This document shows positions 48,311 through 60,099 of a stretch of 64,000 bases of DNA, in pieces (the stretch's first letter is position 1; the number at the start of each line of letters is the position of its first letter). This DNA comes from Gemmatimonadales bacterium (GTDB lineage: Bacteria > Gemmatimonadota > Gemmatimonadetes > Gemmatimonadales > GWC2-71-9): contig JBFGJG010000003.1 in the NCBI GenBank assembly GCA_041577295.1, positions 64,001-128,000 of the forward strand, written 5' to 3'. The notes beneath the pieces were generated by a model. That model was not told the DNA's origin, searched no databases, and was given only the letters and a program-made list of their open reading frames with translations. The position numbers and the translations under genes were made by a program.

Positions 48311-49582
48311 TCACACCACTGTTAGGGCCTGCTCTACGTCGGCGATGATGTCCTCGTAGTACTCAACCCCCACGGACAGCCGTACCATTCCGGCAGTGAT
48401 TCCCATCCGTACCTGTTCGTCCGGCGGGACGTCGGCGTGTGTCATGGTCGCCGGATGCTCGGCCAGGGATTCCGTGCCTCCGAGGCTGACCGCCAGCTTG
48501 ATGAGTTGGAGTGCATTGAGAAATCGGAACGCGGCTGGCTCTCCTCCCTCTACGTCAAACGATATGAGGGATCCCGGTGCAACACATTGCTTCCGGTATA
48601 CGCCGAACATCGGGTCGTCTTCTCCCAACAGACCCAAGTAGTGGACGTCGCGGATCTTTGGGTGATCGTTGAGGAAATCGGCGACGTAGCGCGCGTTCTT
48701 CATCTGTGCCGTCATCCGCATTTTGAGCGTCTCGAGGCTGCGAAGGAGCAACCAGCCAGTCCACGGGCCCGCCATGGTACCCATGAAGGTTCTCAGTGCC
48801 CGCACCGGAGCGAGGATTTCTGGCCGGCCGAGGGAAGCGCCCGCGATCAGGTCACTGTGTCCCCCGATGAATTTCGTCGCGGAGTACAGTACGAGATCGG
48901 CACCGTGCTTCAGGGGGTGCTGCCAGAGGGGACCGAGGAAGGTGTTGTCGACCATGACCACCGGTCTCGTGTCATCGCTCTCCAGACTGTGAATCAGGTC
49001 CGCAACACCGCGGATGTCGACGAGCGCATTCGTCGGATTGGCAGGCGTTTCCAGAAGGGCCACGGCGACCCGCTTGCCGCGGGTTCGTCGACGAAGATCG
49101 TCCTCGATCCGTGCTACCGGCACACCAGCAGGAAAGCTCACTGGGGTCACACCAAAGCCCGGCAGAAATTGCTTCACGAAATGATCGGATCCGCCGTACA
49201 GCGGCTCATTGTGCACGATCACATCACCTGGCCGAACGAATGCCAACAAGCTGGTGGCAATAGCTGCCATGCCACTCTCGAAGACCGCCGCGGCATCAGC
49301 GCCGTCCCAGAGCCGCAGCCGGTCCTCCAGCACTTCGAGGTCGGGGTTGTTGAGACGGCTGTAGATGAGACCGAAGCGTTCTCGTGGTTCCTGCTTGCGC
49401 AACCCATAGGCAATCTCGAAAAAGGCCTTTCCCTCTTCGGCCGTTTCGAATACGAAGGTCGATGTCTGAAAAATTGGACACTTGATCGCGCCCTCTGAGA
49501 GCTTTGGATCATATCCATAGCTCATCATGAGACTCTCAGTGCGTAGCTCCTTGTTTCCGATTCGCGTTTGGGATTTTGACAC
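48311..49582 (-). CDS. Methionine gamma-lyase / cystathionine gamma-synthase family PLP enzyme
   Basis: YSRLNNP, FESGMAAI, ETPANPT, VDNTF, PLP lysine in SATKFIGGHSD, AVSLGGTESL; RBS gaggag before GTG. Confidence 0.93.
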   Translation of the reverse strand: MSKSQTRIGNKELRTESLMMSYGYDPKLSEGAIKCPIFQTSTFVFETAEEGKAFFEIAYGLRKQEPRERFGLIYSRLNNPDLEVLEDRLRLWDGADAAAVFESGMAAIATSLLAFVRPGDVIVHNEPLYGGSDHFVKQFLPGFGVTPVSFPAGVPVARIEDDLRRRTRGKRVAVALLETPANPTNALVDIRGVADLIHSLESDDTRPVVMVDNTFLGPLWQHPLKHGADLVLYSATKFIGGHSDLIAGASLGRPEILAPVRALRTFMGTMAGPWTGWLLLRSLETLKMRMTAQMKNARYVADFLNDHPKIRDVHYLGLLGEDDPMFGVYRKQCVAPGSLISFDVEGGEPAAFRFLNALQLIKLAVSLGGTESLAEHPATMTHADVPPDEQVRMGITAGMVRLSVGVEYYEDIIADVEQALTVV

Positions 49583-49774
49583 GTTGTGCTCCTCACGGAT
49601 GGCTCTACAGCGTGTTGCGCTTCACTGACCCGGTCAAGATGCGTTGACCGATGCTAAGGACGATTTCACGATTATCTTTGGAAGTCTCAATGACTGATTG
49701 TGAACGACCAGCTTTGGGCTGGCTACCTTTGAGAGTGCAAAAAGGGAAGCAAGAAGCAAACAGGAGAAAAACCG

Positions 49775-50197
49775 ATGGCCAACGCGATGCTTGCGTGTCA
49801 GTTCTGCGGAAAGGTCAATAAAGTCGATATCAAGCGGCACAGCCAACGCCCCGTCTGTGGGGAGTGTAAGAAACCGTTTCTGCTCGACCGACCGATCAAG
49901 GTGACGGAGGAGCACTTCGAGACCACCGTGCTTCGGGCGGAGGTTCCGGTGATCGTGGATTTTTACGCGGATTGGTGTCGACCGTGCCTGCAAATGGCGC
50001 CGATTCTGGACGAAATCGCGCACGATCACGCTGGCCGCTTGCTGGTCGCCAAGGTCGACACTGACCGCGCGCCGACGCTGAGTCAGCGATACGGTATCCG
50101 CTCAATACCGTTCTTCGGCAGGTTCGAGCAGGGACAGCTCGTGAAGACGGCCGTCGGCGCCGTCGGTCGCGCTGGGCTAACGGACCTCGCCGCGTAA
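49775..50197 (+). CDS. trxC: Thioredoxin 2 (zinc-binding N-terminal domain)
   Basis: N-terminal CQFC and CGEC; DFYADWCRPC; IRSIP; RBS aggag. Confidence 0.85.
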   Translation: MANAMLACQFCGKVNKVDIKRHSQRPVCGECKKPFLLDRPIKVTEEHFETTVLRAEVPVIVDFYADWCRPCLQMAPILDEIAHDHAGRLLVAKVDTDRAPTLSQRYGIRSIPFFGRFEQGQLVKTAVGAVGRAGLTDLAA

Positions 50198-50205
50198 TCC
50201 AGGCC

Positions 50206-51498
50206 CTACCCCACTACGCCCCCGCGAATTACGGCTTCCATTGCCTCGGCAAAGCGATCTACTTCATCCAGCGTCGTGAACACGTTGGGGGTGACACGAA
50301 TGCCCGTGCACGCTGGGTGGTTGATCGGCGTCACGATGATGCGCCGCGTCTCCCACAGCTGACGCACCAACTTCGCCGGCTCCACGCCGTCGAGACCAAT
50401 GTTGGCCAGTCCACAGGACATGCGCGGATCGTAGCTCGTGTAAATCCTCACCCCTGGTAGGCCGTCGAGGCGTTTCATCCATCGATCGCGCAGGAATCGT
50501 AGTCGCGCTGCCTTGCGCTCGGGCCCGATGCCCTCGTGAAACGTGAGTGCTTCCGCGATGGCGTTGTGGTTGGCGGCGGGGTGGGTCCCGATCTCCTCGA
50601 ACTTGCGAATGTCGTCGTTCATCTTCTCTGGCGCCGCCATCATGGGCCACAGCGTGGTGATCTTGGCCTTGCGCACGTAGAGAAATCCCGTCCCATGCGG
50701 GGCGAGCAGCCACTTGTGCAGCGACGTGCCATAGTAATCGCAGTCGAGATCATCGAGAGTGAACGGGAAGTGCGCAAAGGCATGGGCGCCGTCGACGATC
50801 GCCTCGATCCCCCGTGCACGGGCAAGCTGACAGATCTCCTTCACCGGGAAGATCTGCCCCGTGAGGTTCGTGATATGGCAGAAGTGAATCACCCTGGTCC
50901 GCGGCGTGATGGCGCGCTCGAAGCGATCGACCAGGTCCTGCATGCTCGGTGGGGGAACGGGAAAGGAGATCTTGCGCAAGACGATTCCCTCACGACGCAC
51001 TCGTTGCTCCCAAGTCGTGAGCATCCGTGGGTAATCCTGATCGGTCGTGAGCACCTCATCCCCCGGCTGCAGGTCCAACCCGAGCTGGCAGATCTCGAGC
51101 GCCTCGCTGGCATTGCGCGTAATCGCCATCTCTTCTGGATCACACCCAAACGCACGGGCCAGCTGCTGGCGTACGCTCTCGATCTGTGGCTCGAGAATCT
51201 CCCACATCGTGTAGACCGGGACCTGGTTGGAGAACTCCAAATAGCGTCGGAGGGCGTCCTGCACCACCTTGGGACTGGGACACACGCCACCGTTGTTGAG
51301 GTTGACGATGCTGCGATCTACCGTGAACGCATCCTGAATCTCACGCCAAAAGTCCTCATCGCTCGCGAGATCGGTCGCGGCACGATCCGCCACCTGAGTA
51401 CTCGCTGAGAGAATGCGCACGAGCCCGTCGTCGCGGAGTGCGGGAAGTGCAACGGCGGAACCAAAGATCGAGTGAAGAAACGCGCGACGGGCAATCAT
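50206..51498 (-). CDS. Class V PLP aminotransferase (isopenicillin-N epimerase/cysteine desulfurase-like) with Tat signal
   Basis: RRAFL; NLNNGG; TRNASE; DGAH; SLHKW. Confidence 0.9.
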   Translation of the reverse strand: MIARRAFLHSIFGSAVALPALRDDGLVRILSASTQVADRAATDLASDEDFWREIQDAFTVDRSIVNLNNGGVCPSPKVVQDALRRYLEFSNQVPVYTMWEILEPQIESVRQQLARAFGCDPEEMAITRNASEALEICQLGLDLQPGDEVLTTDQDYPRMLTTWEQRVRREGIVLRKISFPVPPPSMQDLVDRFERAITPRTRVIHFCHITNLTGQIFPVKEICQLARARGIEAIVDGAHAFAHFPFTLDDLDCDYYGTSLHKWLLAPHGTGFLYVRKAKITTLWPMMAAPEKMNDDIRKFEEIGTHPAANHNAIAEALTFHEGIGPERKAARLRFLRDRWMKRLDGLPGVRIYTSYDPRMSCGLANIGLDGVEPAKLVRQLWETRRIIVTPINHPACTGIRVTPNVFTTLDEVDRFAEAMEAVIRGGVVG

Positions 51499-51553
51499 GG
51501 ACACGACTCCTGGTAGGGCAATGAATCGACGTTGCTAATCGGAGCGACGAAAG

Positions 51554-52255
51554 TCAACGAAACTCCCTGCTCCCCTTCACCACGAGCGCGACAGATCCGA
51601 TGACCGCGATCACCGCGAACGCGAACCACTGAATGGCGTAGGAGAGATGGGGCCCGTCAGAAAGCTCGGGAAGCGGAACTGCACGCATCTCCTGTGGAGC
51701 AGAGTCGGGCAACTCGGTGCGCCGCAACAGCAGATCGAGCACTGGATAGGGATAGGCGGCTCCGTGGTCCGGGGGGGTGACACGCCGCACGTAGCGAGGC
51801 CATACAGCGTCGCCCACGATCGCCTCGGGCTGCTCGGTGACATTCCCCAGCAACAGACCGGTTGGATTCGCCCACGCCCGCTCGCGGACACGCTCGAGAT
51901 CGATGGAGCGCCCATCGGCAGAGGGAACCCACCCACGCTCGACCAAGAGTGCCGAGCCGTCGGGCAGCCGAAGAGGGGTCACAATGTGCACACCTGGTAC
52001 CCCGCGAAAGCTGCGCGCAACGACGATCAACTCACGGGTGAAGTCGAACACACCCGCGGCCTCCGCCCGCCGACCCGCTCCGGTCGAATCGAGGGCGAGC
52101 CATTCTGTAATCTGTAGCTGCGGTTGCGCGAGTCGCGTGGCGCGGGTGGCGTTGACCTCACGGCGATCGTTCAAACGACTCAGTTGCCACAGACCAAGAC
52201 GGACGCACACCACCGCCACAACGACCGCGATGGCGAGCGGGACGTACCGTCTCAC
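51554..52255 (-). CDS. SURF1 family protein
   Basis: LGLWQLSRL, VTPLRL, LVERGWVP, HLSYAIQWF. Confidence 0.92.
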   Translation of the reverse strand: MRRYVPLAIAVVVAVVCVRLGLWQLSRLNDRREVNATRATRLAQPQLQITEWLALDSTGAGRRAEAAGVFDFTRELIVVARSFRGVPGVHIVTPLRLPDGSALLVERGWVPSADGRSIDLERVRERAWANPTGLLLGNVTEQPEAIVGDAVWPRYVRRVTPPDHGAAYPYPVLDLLLRRTELPDSAPQEMRAVPLPELSDGPHLSYAIQWFAFAVIAVIGSVALVVKGSREFR

Positions 52256-52932
52256 GAGGAAGAATCTCGGCCGACGATGACTTCCGGGGCGAAGTCCAAA
52301 AACAATCCGGTCTCGACGACTCCCGGACGTTGGCGGAGTGAACGATCGAGCCCGTGGGGATCGTCGATTCCCCGTGGGAAACGGCAGTCCAGGATGTAGT
52401 GCTGGCCATCCGTCCGGTAGGGATCCTGCCGCTCGTCAAGCCGGAGCGTCACCTCGCCACCCAACTTACGCACGATCTCGCAATGCGTGCTCCACCCAAA
52501 GGGGACCACCTCGACCGGCACGACTGCCCGTGTGCCAAGTCGATTCACGAGCTTTGTTTCGTCCGCGATGATGACGTAGTGGCGGGTCGCCGAGGCGACG
52601 ATCTTCTCCCACAGCAGGGCTCCCCCAAACCCCTTGATGAGATTGCCCCTCGGATCGATCTCGTCGGCCCCGTCGATAGTGATATCGATGATTGGGTGTT
52701 GATCGAGCGTGCTCAGCGGGATCTGTAGGCGGCTGGCCAACGCTTCGGTACGGCGTGACGTCGGGATCCCCACAATATCGGCGATCTGGCCAGCTTTCAG
52801 CCGCTCCCCGATCGCAAGAAGCGCCAGTTCCGCGGTCGACCCGGTGCCCAACCCAACCACGGTTCGGGATCGTACGAGCGCCGCCGCGCGCTCGGCAGCA
52901 TCCTGCTTTTGTCGATGCTGCTTATCGGTCAT
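52252..52932 (-). CDS. rpiA: Ribose-5-phosphate isomerase A
   Basis: [38 protein letters not shown]. Confidence 0.95.
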   Translation of the reverse strand: MTDKQHRQKQDAAERAAALVRSRTVVGLGTGSTAELALLAIGERLKAGQIADIVGIPTSRRTEALASRLQIPLSTLDQHPIIDITIDGADEIDPRGNLIKGFGGALLWEKIVASATRHYVIIADETKLVNRLGTRAVVPVEVVPFGWSTHCEIVRKLGGEVTLRLDERQDPYRTDGQHYILDCRFPRGIDDPHGLDRSLRQRPGVVETGLFLDFAPEVIVGRDSSS

Positions 52933-54979
52933 CGACCCCGCGAGAACCGCGATGCTCGAGCAGTCGCCGCGCCCGGTGAGCCACATGCTCGACCGTGAGG
53001 CCGTAGGCCTCGAAAATCTGCTCATAGGGTGCCGACGCCCCGAAACGCTCGATCCCGACGACATCCCCGTGATTACCGACCAACCGGTACCACGACTGGG
53101 GATGTGCCGCCTCGACGGCAAGCCGCCTGGGTACGTCCGGCGGCAGGACTTCGTCGCGGTACGATGAGGGCTGCGCCATGAACACTTCGAGACTCGGGAC
53201 GCTCACGACACGTGCTCCAATCCCCTCCGCTTCGAGCTGTTCACGCACTTGCAGCACCAGCCCCACCTCCGAGCCGGTCGCCATGAGAATGATATCCATC
53301 GGTTTGCGCCCCGCATCCGCGACGACGTAGCCCCCCCGGGCGAGTCCGCTGGCCGACGCCCACCGCGTGCGGTCGATGGGTGGCACCTTCTGCCGGGTCA
53401 ATGCCATCGCGACCGGGCCACCGCTGTGCGCGATGGCGAAGCGCCACGCCTCAGCGGTTTCCGCCGCATCTGCCGGGCGTATCACGATCAGATTCGGCAC
53501 CGCCCTGAGCGCTGGCAACATCTCGACGGGCTGGTGGGTGGGACCGTCCTCACCCAACCCGATCGAGTCGTGCGTGAAGACGTAGATGACCTTGATTCCC
53601 ATGAGTGCGGCGAGACGGATTGGCGGACGCATGTAATCGCTAAAGATGAGAAAGGTGGCGCCGAATGGCATGAAACCACCGTGAAGCGCCATCCCGTTGA
53701 GAATGGCCCCCATTCCGTGCTCGCGGATGCCAAAGTACATGTTGCGGCCACCCATATTCCCCGGACCGAGCGCGTCCGCGCCTTTGATGATCGTCTTGTT
53801 GGACTCCCCCAGGTCCGCGGACCCACCGAGCAGCTCCGGGATGGTTGACGCCACCGCGTGTAGCACGCGTTCGGAAGCGGAGCGGGTGGCCAGTGCGGCA
53901 TCCTTCGGTTCAAAGGAGGGAATCGAAGCCTCCCACGACTTGGGAAGCTCGCCACCTAGACGACGCTGCAGCTCTTTCGCCAGGTCGGGATGTGCCGCGG
54001 TATACCCCGCTAGAGCGTCATTCCACTCTTTCTGGAATCGCTCACCCCGACCCCGACACTTACGCCATTCGGCCAGAGCTTCCTTGGGCACGGCGAAGGG
54101 CTCGTCGTACGGCCAGCCCAAGTTCTGCTTGGTCAGACGCACTTCCTCTTCCCCAAGCGGTGCTCCGTGAGCCGCCGCGGTATCCTGTTTGTTTGGGCTT
54201 CCGTACGCGATGTGGGTGCGCACGATGATCAAGGACGGGCGGTCGTGCACGGCTTCGGCACGCGAGATCGCCTGATCGATGGCGGCGAGATCGTTGCCAT
54301 CCTCGACCCGCTGCACGTGCCAACCGTACGCGGTGAATCTGTCTGCCGTGTCGTCACTGAAGGTCAGCGACGTTTCGCCATCGATGGTGATGTGATTGTC
54401 GTCGTAGAAGCCGATGAGATTGCCCAGCTGCAGGTGACCGGCCAGCGAGGCCGCCTCATGAGAAACACCCTCCATGATGTCGCCGTCGCTGGCGATGAAG
54501 TAGGTCCGATGGTTGAGAATCTCGAAGTCGGGTCGATGGAAATGCGCCGCGAGATTCGCCTGGGCGATTGCCATTCCCACCGCGTTACCCACTCCTTGCC
54601 CCAACGGCCCGGTGGTCGTCTCCACACCGGGGGTCATGCCGTACTCGGGATGCCCGGGGGTCTTGCTCTCCCACTGTCGAAACTGCTTGATCTCCTCGAG
54701 CGACAGGTCGTATCCCGTCAAGTAGAGCAAACTGTACAACAACATCGAAGCGTGCCCGCACGAAAGGACGAACCGATCCCGGCCCGGCCAGCTCGGGTCC
54801 ACCGGACTATGCCGCAGATGCTTGGTCCACAACACGTAGCACAGCGGTGCCAGCGCCATCGGCGTACCGGGGTGACCAGAGTTGGCACGCTGCACGGCGT
54901 CCATGGCCAGCGTTCTGACGGTGTTGATACAGAGTTGGTCGAGTGCGGTTGAGCTCGCCGCAACGGCCTCATGCGTCAC
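52922..54979 (-). CDS. tkt: Transketolase
   Basis: [43 protein letters not shown] 54979 preceded by gaggagg. Confidence 0.97.
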   Translation of the reverse strand: MTHEAVAASSTALDQLCINTVRTLAMDAVQRANSGHPGTPMALAPLCYVLWTKHLRHSPVDPSWPGRDRFVLSCGHASMLLYSLLYLTGYDLSLEEIKQFRQWESKTPGHPEYGMTPGVETTTGPLGQGVGNAVGMAIAQANLAAHFHRPDFEILNHRTYFIASDGDIMEGVSHEAASLAGHLQLGNLIGFYDDNHITIDGETSLTFSDDTADRFTAYGWHVQRVEDGNDLAAIDQAISRAEAVHDRPSLIIVRTHIAYGSPNKQDTAAAHGAPLGEEEVRLTKQNLGWPYDEPFAVPKEALAEWRKCRGRGERFQKEWNDALAGYTAAHPDLAKELQRRLGGELPKSWEASIPSFEPKDAALATRSASERVLHAVASTIPELLGGSADLGESNKTIIKGADALGPGNMGGRNMYFGIREHGMGAILNGMALHGGFMPFGATFLIFSDYMRPPIRLAALMGIKVIYVFTHDSIGLGEDGPTHQPVEMLPALRAVPNLIVIRPADAAETAEAWRFAIAHSGGPVAMALTRQKVPPIDRTRWASASGLARGGYVVADAGRKPMDIILMATGSEVGLVLQVREQLEAEGIGARVVSVPSLEVFMAQPSSYRDEVLPPDVPRRLAVEAAHPQSWYRLVGNHGDVVGIERFGASAPYEQIFEAYGLTVEHVAHRARRLLEHRGSRGVDDR

Positions 54980-55114
54980 CGCGGCCTCCTCGTCGCAAGC
55001 AGGGCAAGAGCGCGCGAAAACATCGTCCAGTTGCAAACATTGTACATGGACGTGCTGGAAGACGCTACGATGCGGGGATAGAAGGGATTGAGAGGATTCA
55101 TTATCTTTGGCCAC

Positions 55115-57892
55115 ATGACCAACCCATTCAATTCCCGCGACTCGATCGAGCTTCCCGAAGGAACCGCAACCATCTACCGACTGGACGCCCTTACCAAGGC
55201 GGGCCTCGTTGATCTGGACCGGTTGCCGTTTTCCATTCGAATCTTATTGGAAAACATCCTTCGGCACGCCGGTGGCGATCTCGTCACCGAGGACCATGTG
55301 GCGGCGGTGGCCAGGTGGGCTCCAGAGCCAGACCGCAGCGTCGACATCCCATTCATGCCGGGTCGTGTGGTGCTGCAGGACTTTACCGGTGTGCCGGCGG
55401 TGGTGGACCTCGCGGCCATGCGTGACGCGATCGTGGCCCTGCGAGGAGATGCCCAGCGGATCAACCCACTTGTCCCTACCGATTTGGTGATCGATCACTC
55501 GGTCCAGGTCGACTTCTTCGGGACACCACGGGCGTTTCAGCTGAACGTCGAGAAGGAGATGGAACGCAATTCGGAGCGCTATGCCCTGCTCCGCTGGGCG
55601 CAACAGGCATTTGACAATTTCCGGGTGGTCCCTCCTGGCACGGGAATCGTGCACCAGGTGAACCTGGAGTACCTGGCAAGCGTGGTGCGTCTCGCTGAGC
55701 ACAATGGCGGACACGTCGCGTTCCCCGATACGCTGGTGGGCACCGACTCCCACACCACCATGATCAACGGCGTGGGGGTGGTTGGATGGGGTGTGGGGGG
55801 CATCGAGGCGGAGGCGGTCATGCTCGGGCAGCCGTACTTCATGCAGCTCCCCGAGGTCGTCGGGATGAAGCTGAGTGGCAAGCTGCCCGACGGGGCGACG
55901 GCAACCGATCTCGTGTTGGTGGTAACGCAGATGTTGCGGAAGTTTGGCGTCGTTGGCCGTTTCGTGGAGTTCTTCGGACCAGGTATGGCCACCCTTGGCT
56001 TGGCCGATCGCGCCACGATCGCCAACATGTCCCCGGAGTATGGCGCAACGATCGGGTTCTTCCCGGTCGACGCCGAAACCCTCCGGTACCTCGAGCGCAC
56101 TGGACGGCCGCGTGAGGTGATCGAGCGCGTCGAGAAGTACTGCAAGACGCAGCACCTGTTCCACACTGAAGGCAGCGCCGAGCCCGAGTACTCCGGAATG
56201 TTGGAGCTCGACCTGGGTTCCGTGGTGCCCTCTCTCGCTGGTCCTCGTCGGCCACAGGATCGGGTTCCCCTCACAGAGGTAAAGGAGTCGTTTGCGCAGG
56301 TTCTCCCAAACCTCATTCCTTCCGGCGCGAAGCGTGGGGTACCCGAACAGGACCGCGCGCGCTGGGCGGGCGAAGGTGGCCAGTCACCCACGACGGCGGT
56401 TGCCGTTGCCAACGATATCGCTGTAGTGGCGGATGTCGAGTACGAGGGTAGCCGTTTCGAGCTGCGGGATGGTTCCGTGGTCATCGCGGCGATTACCAGT
56501 TGTACCAATACCTCCAACCCGTCCGTGATGATTGGGGCTGGCCTCGTAGCCAAGGCGGCCAGGGAACGCGGCCTGGACCGCAAGCCGTGGGTTAAGACGA
56601 GCATGGCTCCCGGCTCTAAGGTGGTCACCGACTACTTACAGGAGTCGGGCTTGATGGACGACCTCGAGGCGATGGGATTCCACGTCGTCGGGTACGGTTG
56701 CACCACGTGTATTGGGAACAGTGGTCCGCTTGCCGAGCCCATTGCGCGAGCCGTGACCGAGCACGCCCTCGTGACGGTTGCGGTCCTCTCGGGCAATCGC
56801 AACTTCGAGGCACGCATCCATCCGCTGGTGCGCGCTAACTATCTGGCGTCTCCGATGCTGGTGGTAGCGTATGCGATTGCCGGACGGATTGATATCGATC
56901 TCACGAGCGAACCGCTGGGCACGGACCGCGTGGGCAAGCCGGTCTTCCTCAAGGATATCTGGCCCAGCCCGGCGGAAGTGAACGCCGCCGTCGCACGCTC
57001 CCTCAAACCTTCCATGTTCCACAAGCAGTACGGAAAGGTCTTCGAAGGGGACGAGCACTGGAAGCGACTTCCGGTGCCCGAGGCCTCCGGTGGGCGGTAT
57101 GGTTGGAGTGACGCCTCCACGTATGTGCGCGAGCCTCCTTTCTTCACGGCGATGCCGGCCGATCCTGCGCCGGCGGCGAACGTGAGTGGTGCGCGCGTAT
57201 TGGTGTGGCTCGCCGACTCGGTGACAACCGATCACATCTCACCTGCCGGCGCCATTCCCAAGAACAGCCCGGCCGGGAAGTGGCTCATCGAGCACGATGT
57301 CAAACCGCTCGACTTCAACACCTTCGGCTCTCGGCGTGGCAATCACGAGGTCATGATGCGGGGCACGTTTGGCAACATCCGCATCAAGAACCAGCTCGTG
57401 GGCGGTAAGGAAGGCAACTGGACCATGCATCTGCCGAGCGGTGAGGAGACCACCATCTACGATGCGGCGATGCGGTACATCGAGGACGGGACTCCGTTGA
57501 TCGTCATTGCAGGCAAAGAGTACGGATCGGGGAGCTCTCGGGACTGGGCCGCGAAGGGGACTGGACTGTTGGGTGTGCGCGCCGTCATCGCCGAGAGTTA
57601 TGAGCGAATTCACCGCAGCAACCTCATCGGCATGGGCGTCCTGCCACTCCAATTCCGGCAGGGCGAGAACGCTCAAACGCTCGGGCTCGATGCGCACGAG
57701 GCCTACGATATCACCGGGATCGACGATGACTCACTGACACCCAGTGCCACAGCCCACGTCAGCGCGCGCCGCACCGATGGGACTGTCAAGGAGTTTGACG
57801 TGCTCGTGCGCCTGGACACCACCATTGACGTGGAGTACTACCGCCACGGGGGTATCCTGCACTACGTCTTACGTCAGCTCGCGAAGAAGTAG
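55115..57892 (+). CDS. acnA: Aconitate hydratase A
   Basis: [61 protein letters not shown]. Confidence 0.98.
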   Translation: MTNPFNSRDSIELPEGTATIYRLDALTKAGLVDLDRLPFSIRILLENILRHAGGDLVTEDHVAAVARWAPEPDRSVDIPFMPGRVVLQDFTGVPAVVDLAAMRDAIVALRGDAQRINPLVPTDLVIDHSVQVDFFGTPRAFQLNVEKEMERNSERYALLRWAQQAFDNFRVVPPGTGIVHQVNLEYLASVVRLAEHNGGHVAFPDTLVGTDSHTTMINGVGVVGWGVGGIEAEAVMLGQPYFMQLPEVVGMKLSGKLPDGATATDLVLVVTQMLRKFGVVGRFVEFFGPGMATLGLADRATIANMSPEYGATIGFFPVDAETLRYLERTGRPREVIERVEKYCKTQHLFHTEGSAEPEYSGMLELDLGSVVPSLAGPRRPQDRVPLTEVKESFAQVLPNLIPSGAKRGVPEQDRARWAGEGGQSPTTAVAVANDIAVVADVEYEGSRFELRDGSVVIAAITSCTNTSNPSVMIGAGLVAKAARERGLDRKPWVKTSMAPGSKVVTDYLQESGLMDDLEAMGFHVVGYGCTTCIGNSGPLAEPIARAVTEHALVTVAVLSGNRNFEARIHPLVRANYLASPMLVVAYAIAGRIDIDLTSEPLGTDRVGKPVFLKDIWPSPAEVNAAVARSLKPSMFHKQYGKVFEGDEHWKRLPVPEASGGRYGWSDASTYVREPPFFTAMPADPAPAANVSGARVLVWLADSVTTDHISPAGAIPKNSPAGKWLIEHDVKPLDFNTFGSRRGNHEVMMRGTFGNIRIKNQLVGGKEGNWTMHLPSGEETTIYDAAMRYIEDGTPLIVIAGKEYGSGSSRDWAAKGTGLLGVRAVIAESYERIHRSNLIGMGVLPLQFRQGENAQTLGLDAHEAYDITGIDDDSLTPSATAHVSARRTDGTVKEFDVLVRLDTTIDVEYYRHGGILHYVLRQLAKK

Positions 57893-57917
57893 CAGGGGCT
57901 CGACCGGGGCGGGGTTA

Positions 57918-59063
57918 CTAGCCGAGAAACTCTTCGATCCGCTCCCAGTCGGCGATCGCGTCCTCGTAGCCCAACTCCACCAGCATGTTCGTGTAGGTGG
58001 GTTCGAACAGCAGGTAGCTCATGAAATCCGAGCTGCCAACCCGACGACCACCGATGCTGTTAACCACCCAACGCACCGTGCGCGGGAGATTCTGTCCGTG
58101 CCCCCGGGACAACACGCCGAGATCGCGTGATGGGCGGAGCATCAGGAGCTTGATTGGGCGCAGGGCCGCCGGGGAGTTCCCTCCGGGACGACACGCCTCG
58201 AGCACGCGGTTGATTCGTTCGAGCCGTTCGGCATCGGCATCCAGAGAATCCAGGAACACCGCGTTGAACAAGAGCCCGATCACCTCAGCCGTGCTGGGAT
58301 ACTCCCCCACCGCTAGCACCGGTACGCTGGCAAACGCTCTCCCGGAGCGCATCGTCACCGCCAGAATGCGCGTAGCGCCGAGGTGGATTGCCGGAGCGAG
58401 CGGCGCGATCTGCCGCACGCTGCCGTCACCGTAAAACCCGTCACGCAGCCGCACTGCTGGGAAGATGATCGGAATGGCCGATGACGCCATGACGTGATCG
58501 ACGGTGAGCTCGGCCCGCACACCAATGCGTTGGACACGCTCCCACACTGGGATATCGTCGGCTCCCTGCATGAAGGTCACTGTTTGTCCCGTCGTAAACG
58601 ACGTAGAACTCAGCGCCGCCGCCCGAACCTTGCCCGCTGCGATGTTTGAGCTGATTCCGGACAGATCCATACACTCCTCGAGGAACGCACGCAGCGGGCT
58701 CATGTCCATCAGCCCCTGGATGCTGCCCGGCGCTGGCTGTCGGCGGAAGGCCATCCCGAGCGTCCATCGAACGAGAGATCGGAAGAGGTTCACGGGACGG
58801 ACACGGTAGACGTCGCTGGGTGTGAGGCGCGCCCACTCTCGCCGGAGACCGGCAACCGCCTGTCCAAAATTGCCCCGATGCGAGGCGAGATAAGCGGTGT
58901 TGATCGCTCCTGCCGATACACCGGTGAGGATCGGGAAGCACACGTGGGGCCGCCGTTCCGCGATCGCCGCGAGCACACCAACCTGATAGGAAGCTCTGGC
59001 ACCGCCCCCTGCGAGCACGAGCGCCAGGTCGTCTGTGGGTCGCTGATATCCAGGAACCGTCAT
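57918..59063 (-). CDS. Patatin-like phospholipase
   Basis: GGGARASYQ, nucleophile GVSAG, ASSAIP, DGS. Confidence 0.9.
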   Translation of the reverse strand: MTVPGYQRPTDDLALVLAGGGARASYQVGVLAAIAERRPHVCFPILTGVSAGAINTAYLASHRGNFGQAVAGLRREWARLTPSDVYRVRPVNLFRSLVRWTLGMAFRRQPAPGSIQGLMDMSPLRAFLEECMDLSGISSNIAAGKVRAAALSSTSFTTGQTVTFMQGADDIPVWERVQRIGVRAELTVDHVMASSAIPIIFPAVRLRDGFYGDGSVRQIAPLAPAIHLGATRILAVTMRSGRAFASVPVLAVGEYPSTAEVIGLLFNAVFLDSLDADAERLERINRVLEACRPGGNSPAALRPIKLLMLRPSRDLGVLSRGHGQNLPRTVRWVVNSIGGRRVGSSDFMSYLLFEPTYTNMLVELGYEDAIADWERIEEFLG

Positions 59064-59140
59064 CGCGCCGAAAGGTGATCGCCTTCGTCGAGCAACGCCA
59101 GGGGCTGTTTTCGTGAAACCGCGGCTTATCTTCCGTGCCC

Positions 59141-59548
59141 ATGGCATTCACCGTTCCGATCGATGAGCTCTCCGTCCAAGCGAGCCGCGCGAGTGGGCCG
59201 GGCGGGCAGCATGTCAACAAGACCTCGACCCGCGTGGAAGTCCGCTGGAACGTGCGGCAAAGCCCGAGCCTCACGGAGCCACAACGTGAACGGTTGTTGC
59301 ACAAGCTCGCCAATCGGATAGACTCCCGGGGAGCGCTTCGGGTCGTATCTTCGAGCGGCCGGAGCCAACTCCGCAATCGCGAGGTGGCGATCGCCCGTCT
59401 CAACCAACTCGTCCGAGCAGCCCTGCACCAGCCGCGACCGCGAAAGCGAACCAAGCCGACGCGTGCATCGGTCGAACAGCGCCTTGCGGAGAAGAAGAAG
59501 CGGAGCGAAATCAAGGTGCGGCGTCGGCCGCCCAAGGCGGACGACTAG
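59141..59548 (+). CDS. arfB: Alternative ribosome rescue peptidyl-tRNA hydrolase ArfB
   Basis: ASGPGGQHVNKT; RSQLRNR; basic C-terminal tail PRPRKRTKPT..RLAEKK. Confidence 0.93.
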   Translation: MAFTVPIDELSVQASRASGPGGQHVNKTSTRVEVRWNVRQSPSLTEPQRERLLHKLANRIDSRGALRVVSSSGRSQLRNREVAIARLNQLVRAALHQPRPRKRTKPTRASVEQRLAEKKKRSEIKVRRRPPKADD

Positions 59549-59621
59549 CGTCACCGTAGACGCTCGGCGGACGTTGAGGCCCTCGTCCAACCAATGAGAT
59601 CACTACCGGAGATTCGTTCGC

Positions 59622-60083
59622 ATGCAGCTCGGTCACGTCCCTCTCGCACTTTCCATTGCCACCTACGACTGGAGTTTCCGCACGGCGTTCTTTTGCCTGG
59701 CAATGCATTTTCTGCCCAATGTCGATTCGCTAGTGGAGCGCTCGGGATGGGCGGAGCGAGGATTTCACTGCAGCGTCACGCACACCGTGTGGTTTGGCAT
59801 CGTGGTGAGCGCGCTGGTGGCCATTGTGTCGCCACACTACGCCATCTTCGCCTTTGTCGCCATCATGGCGCATTTCGCCGCAGACATCGGCAGCACCGTT
59901 GGACTTCCTCTCCTGTGGCCGTTCTACCGCAAGAAACTGACGGTGGCATTGTTCAAAGACACCGGCTACTGGGGCAAGGAGATGTACATCGGCTACTACA
60001 AGCAACCGATGTCTTGGGTGTTGGAGGGAGCGGTCGTCGCCTTCTTTGTGTGGCGGTTGTTCGAAATCGGCGCGATTGGGTAG
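59622..60083 (+). CDS. Membrane-bound metal-dependent hydrolase (YdjM-like)
   Basis: N-terminal GH, LPNVD, H..VTH, HFAAD, G.PLLWP. Confidence 0.8.
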   Translation: MQLGHVPLALSIATYDWSFRTAFFCLAMHFLPNVDSLVERSGWAERGFHCSVTHTVWFGIVVSALVAIVSPHYAIFAFVAIMAHFAADIGSTVGLPLLWPFYRKKLTVALFKDTGYWGKEMYIGYYKQPMSWVLEGAVVAFFVWRLFEIGAIG

Positions 60084-60099
60084 TGGCGAGAGCGAGTGT

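Noticed and set aside
49583..49774. SAM riboswitch upstream of the Met gamma-lyase-like gene
   Set aside because: No SAM-I/II consensus seen; only a short hairpin cggtcaa/ttgaccg.
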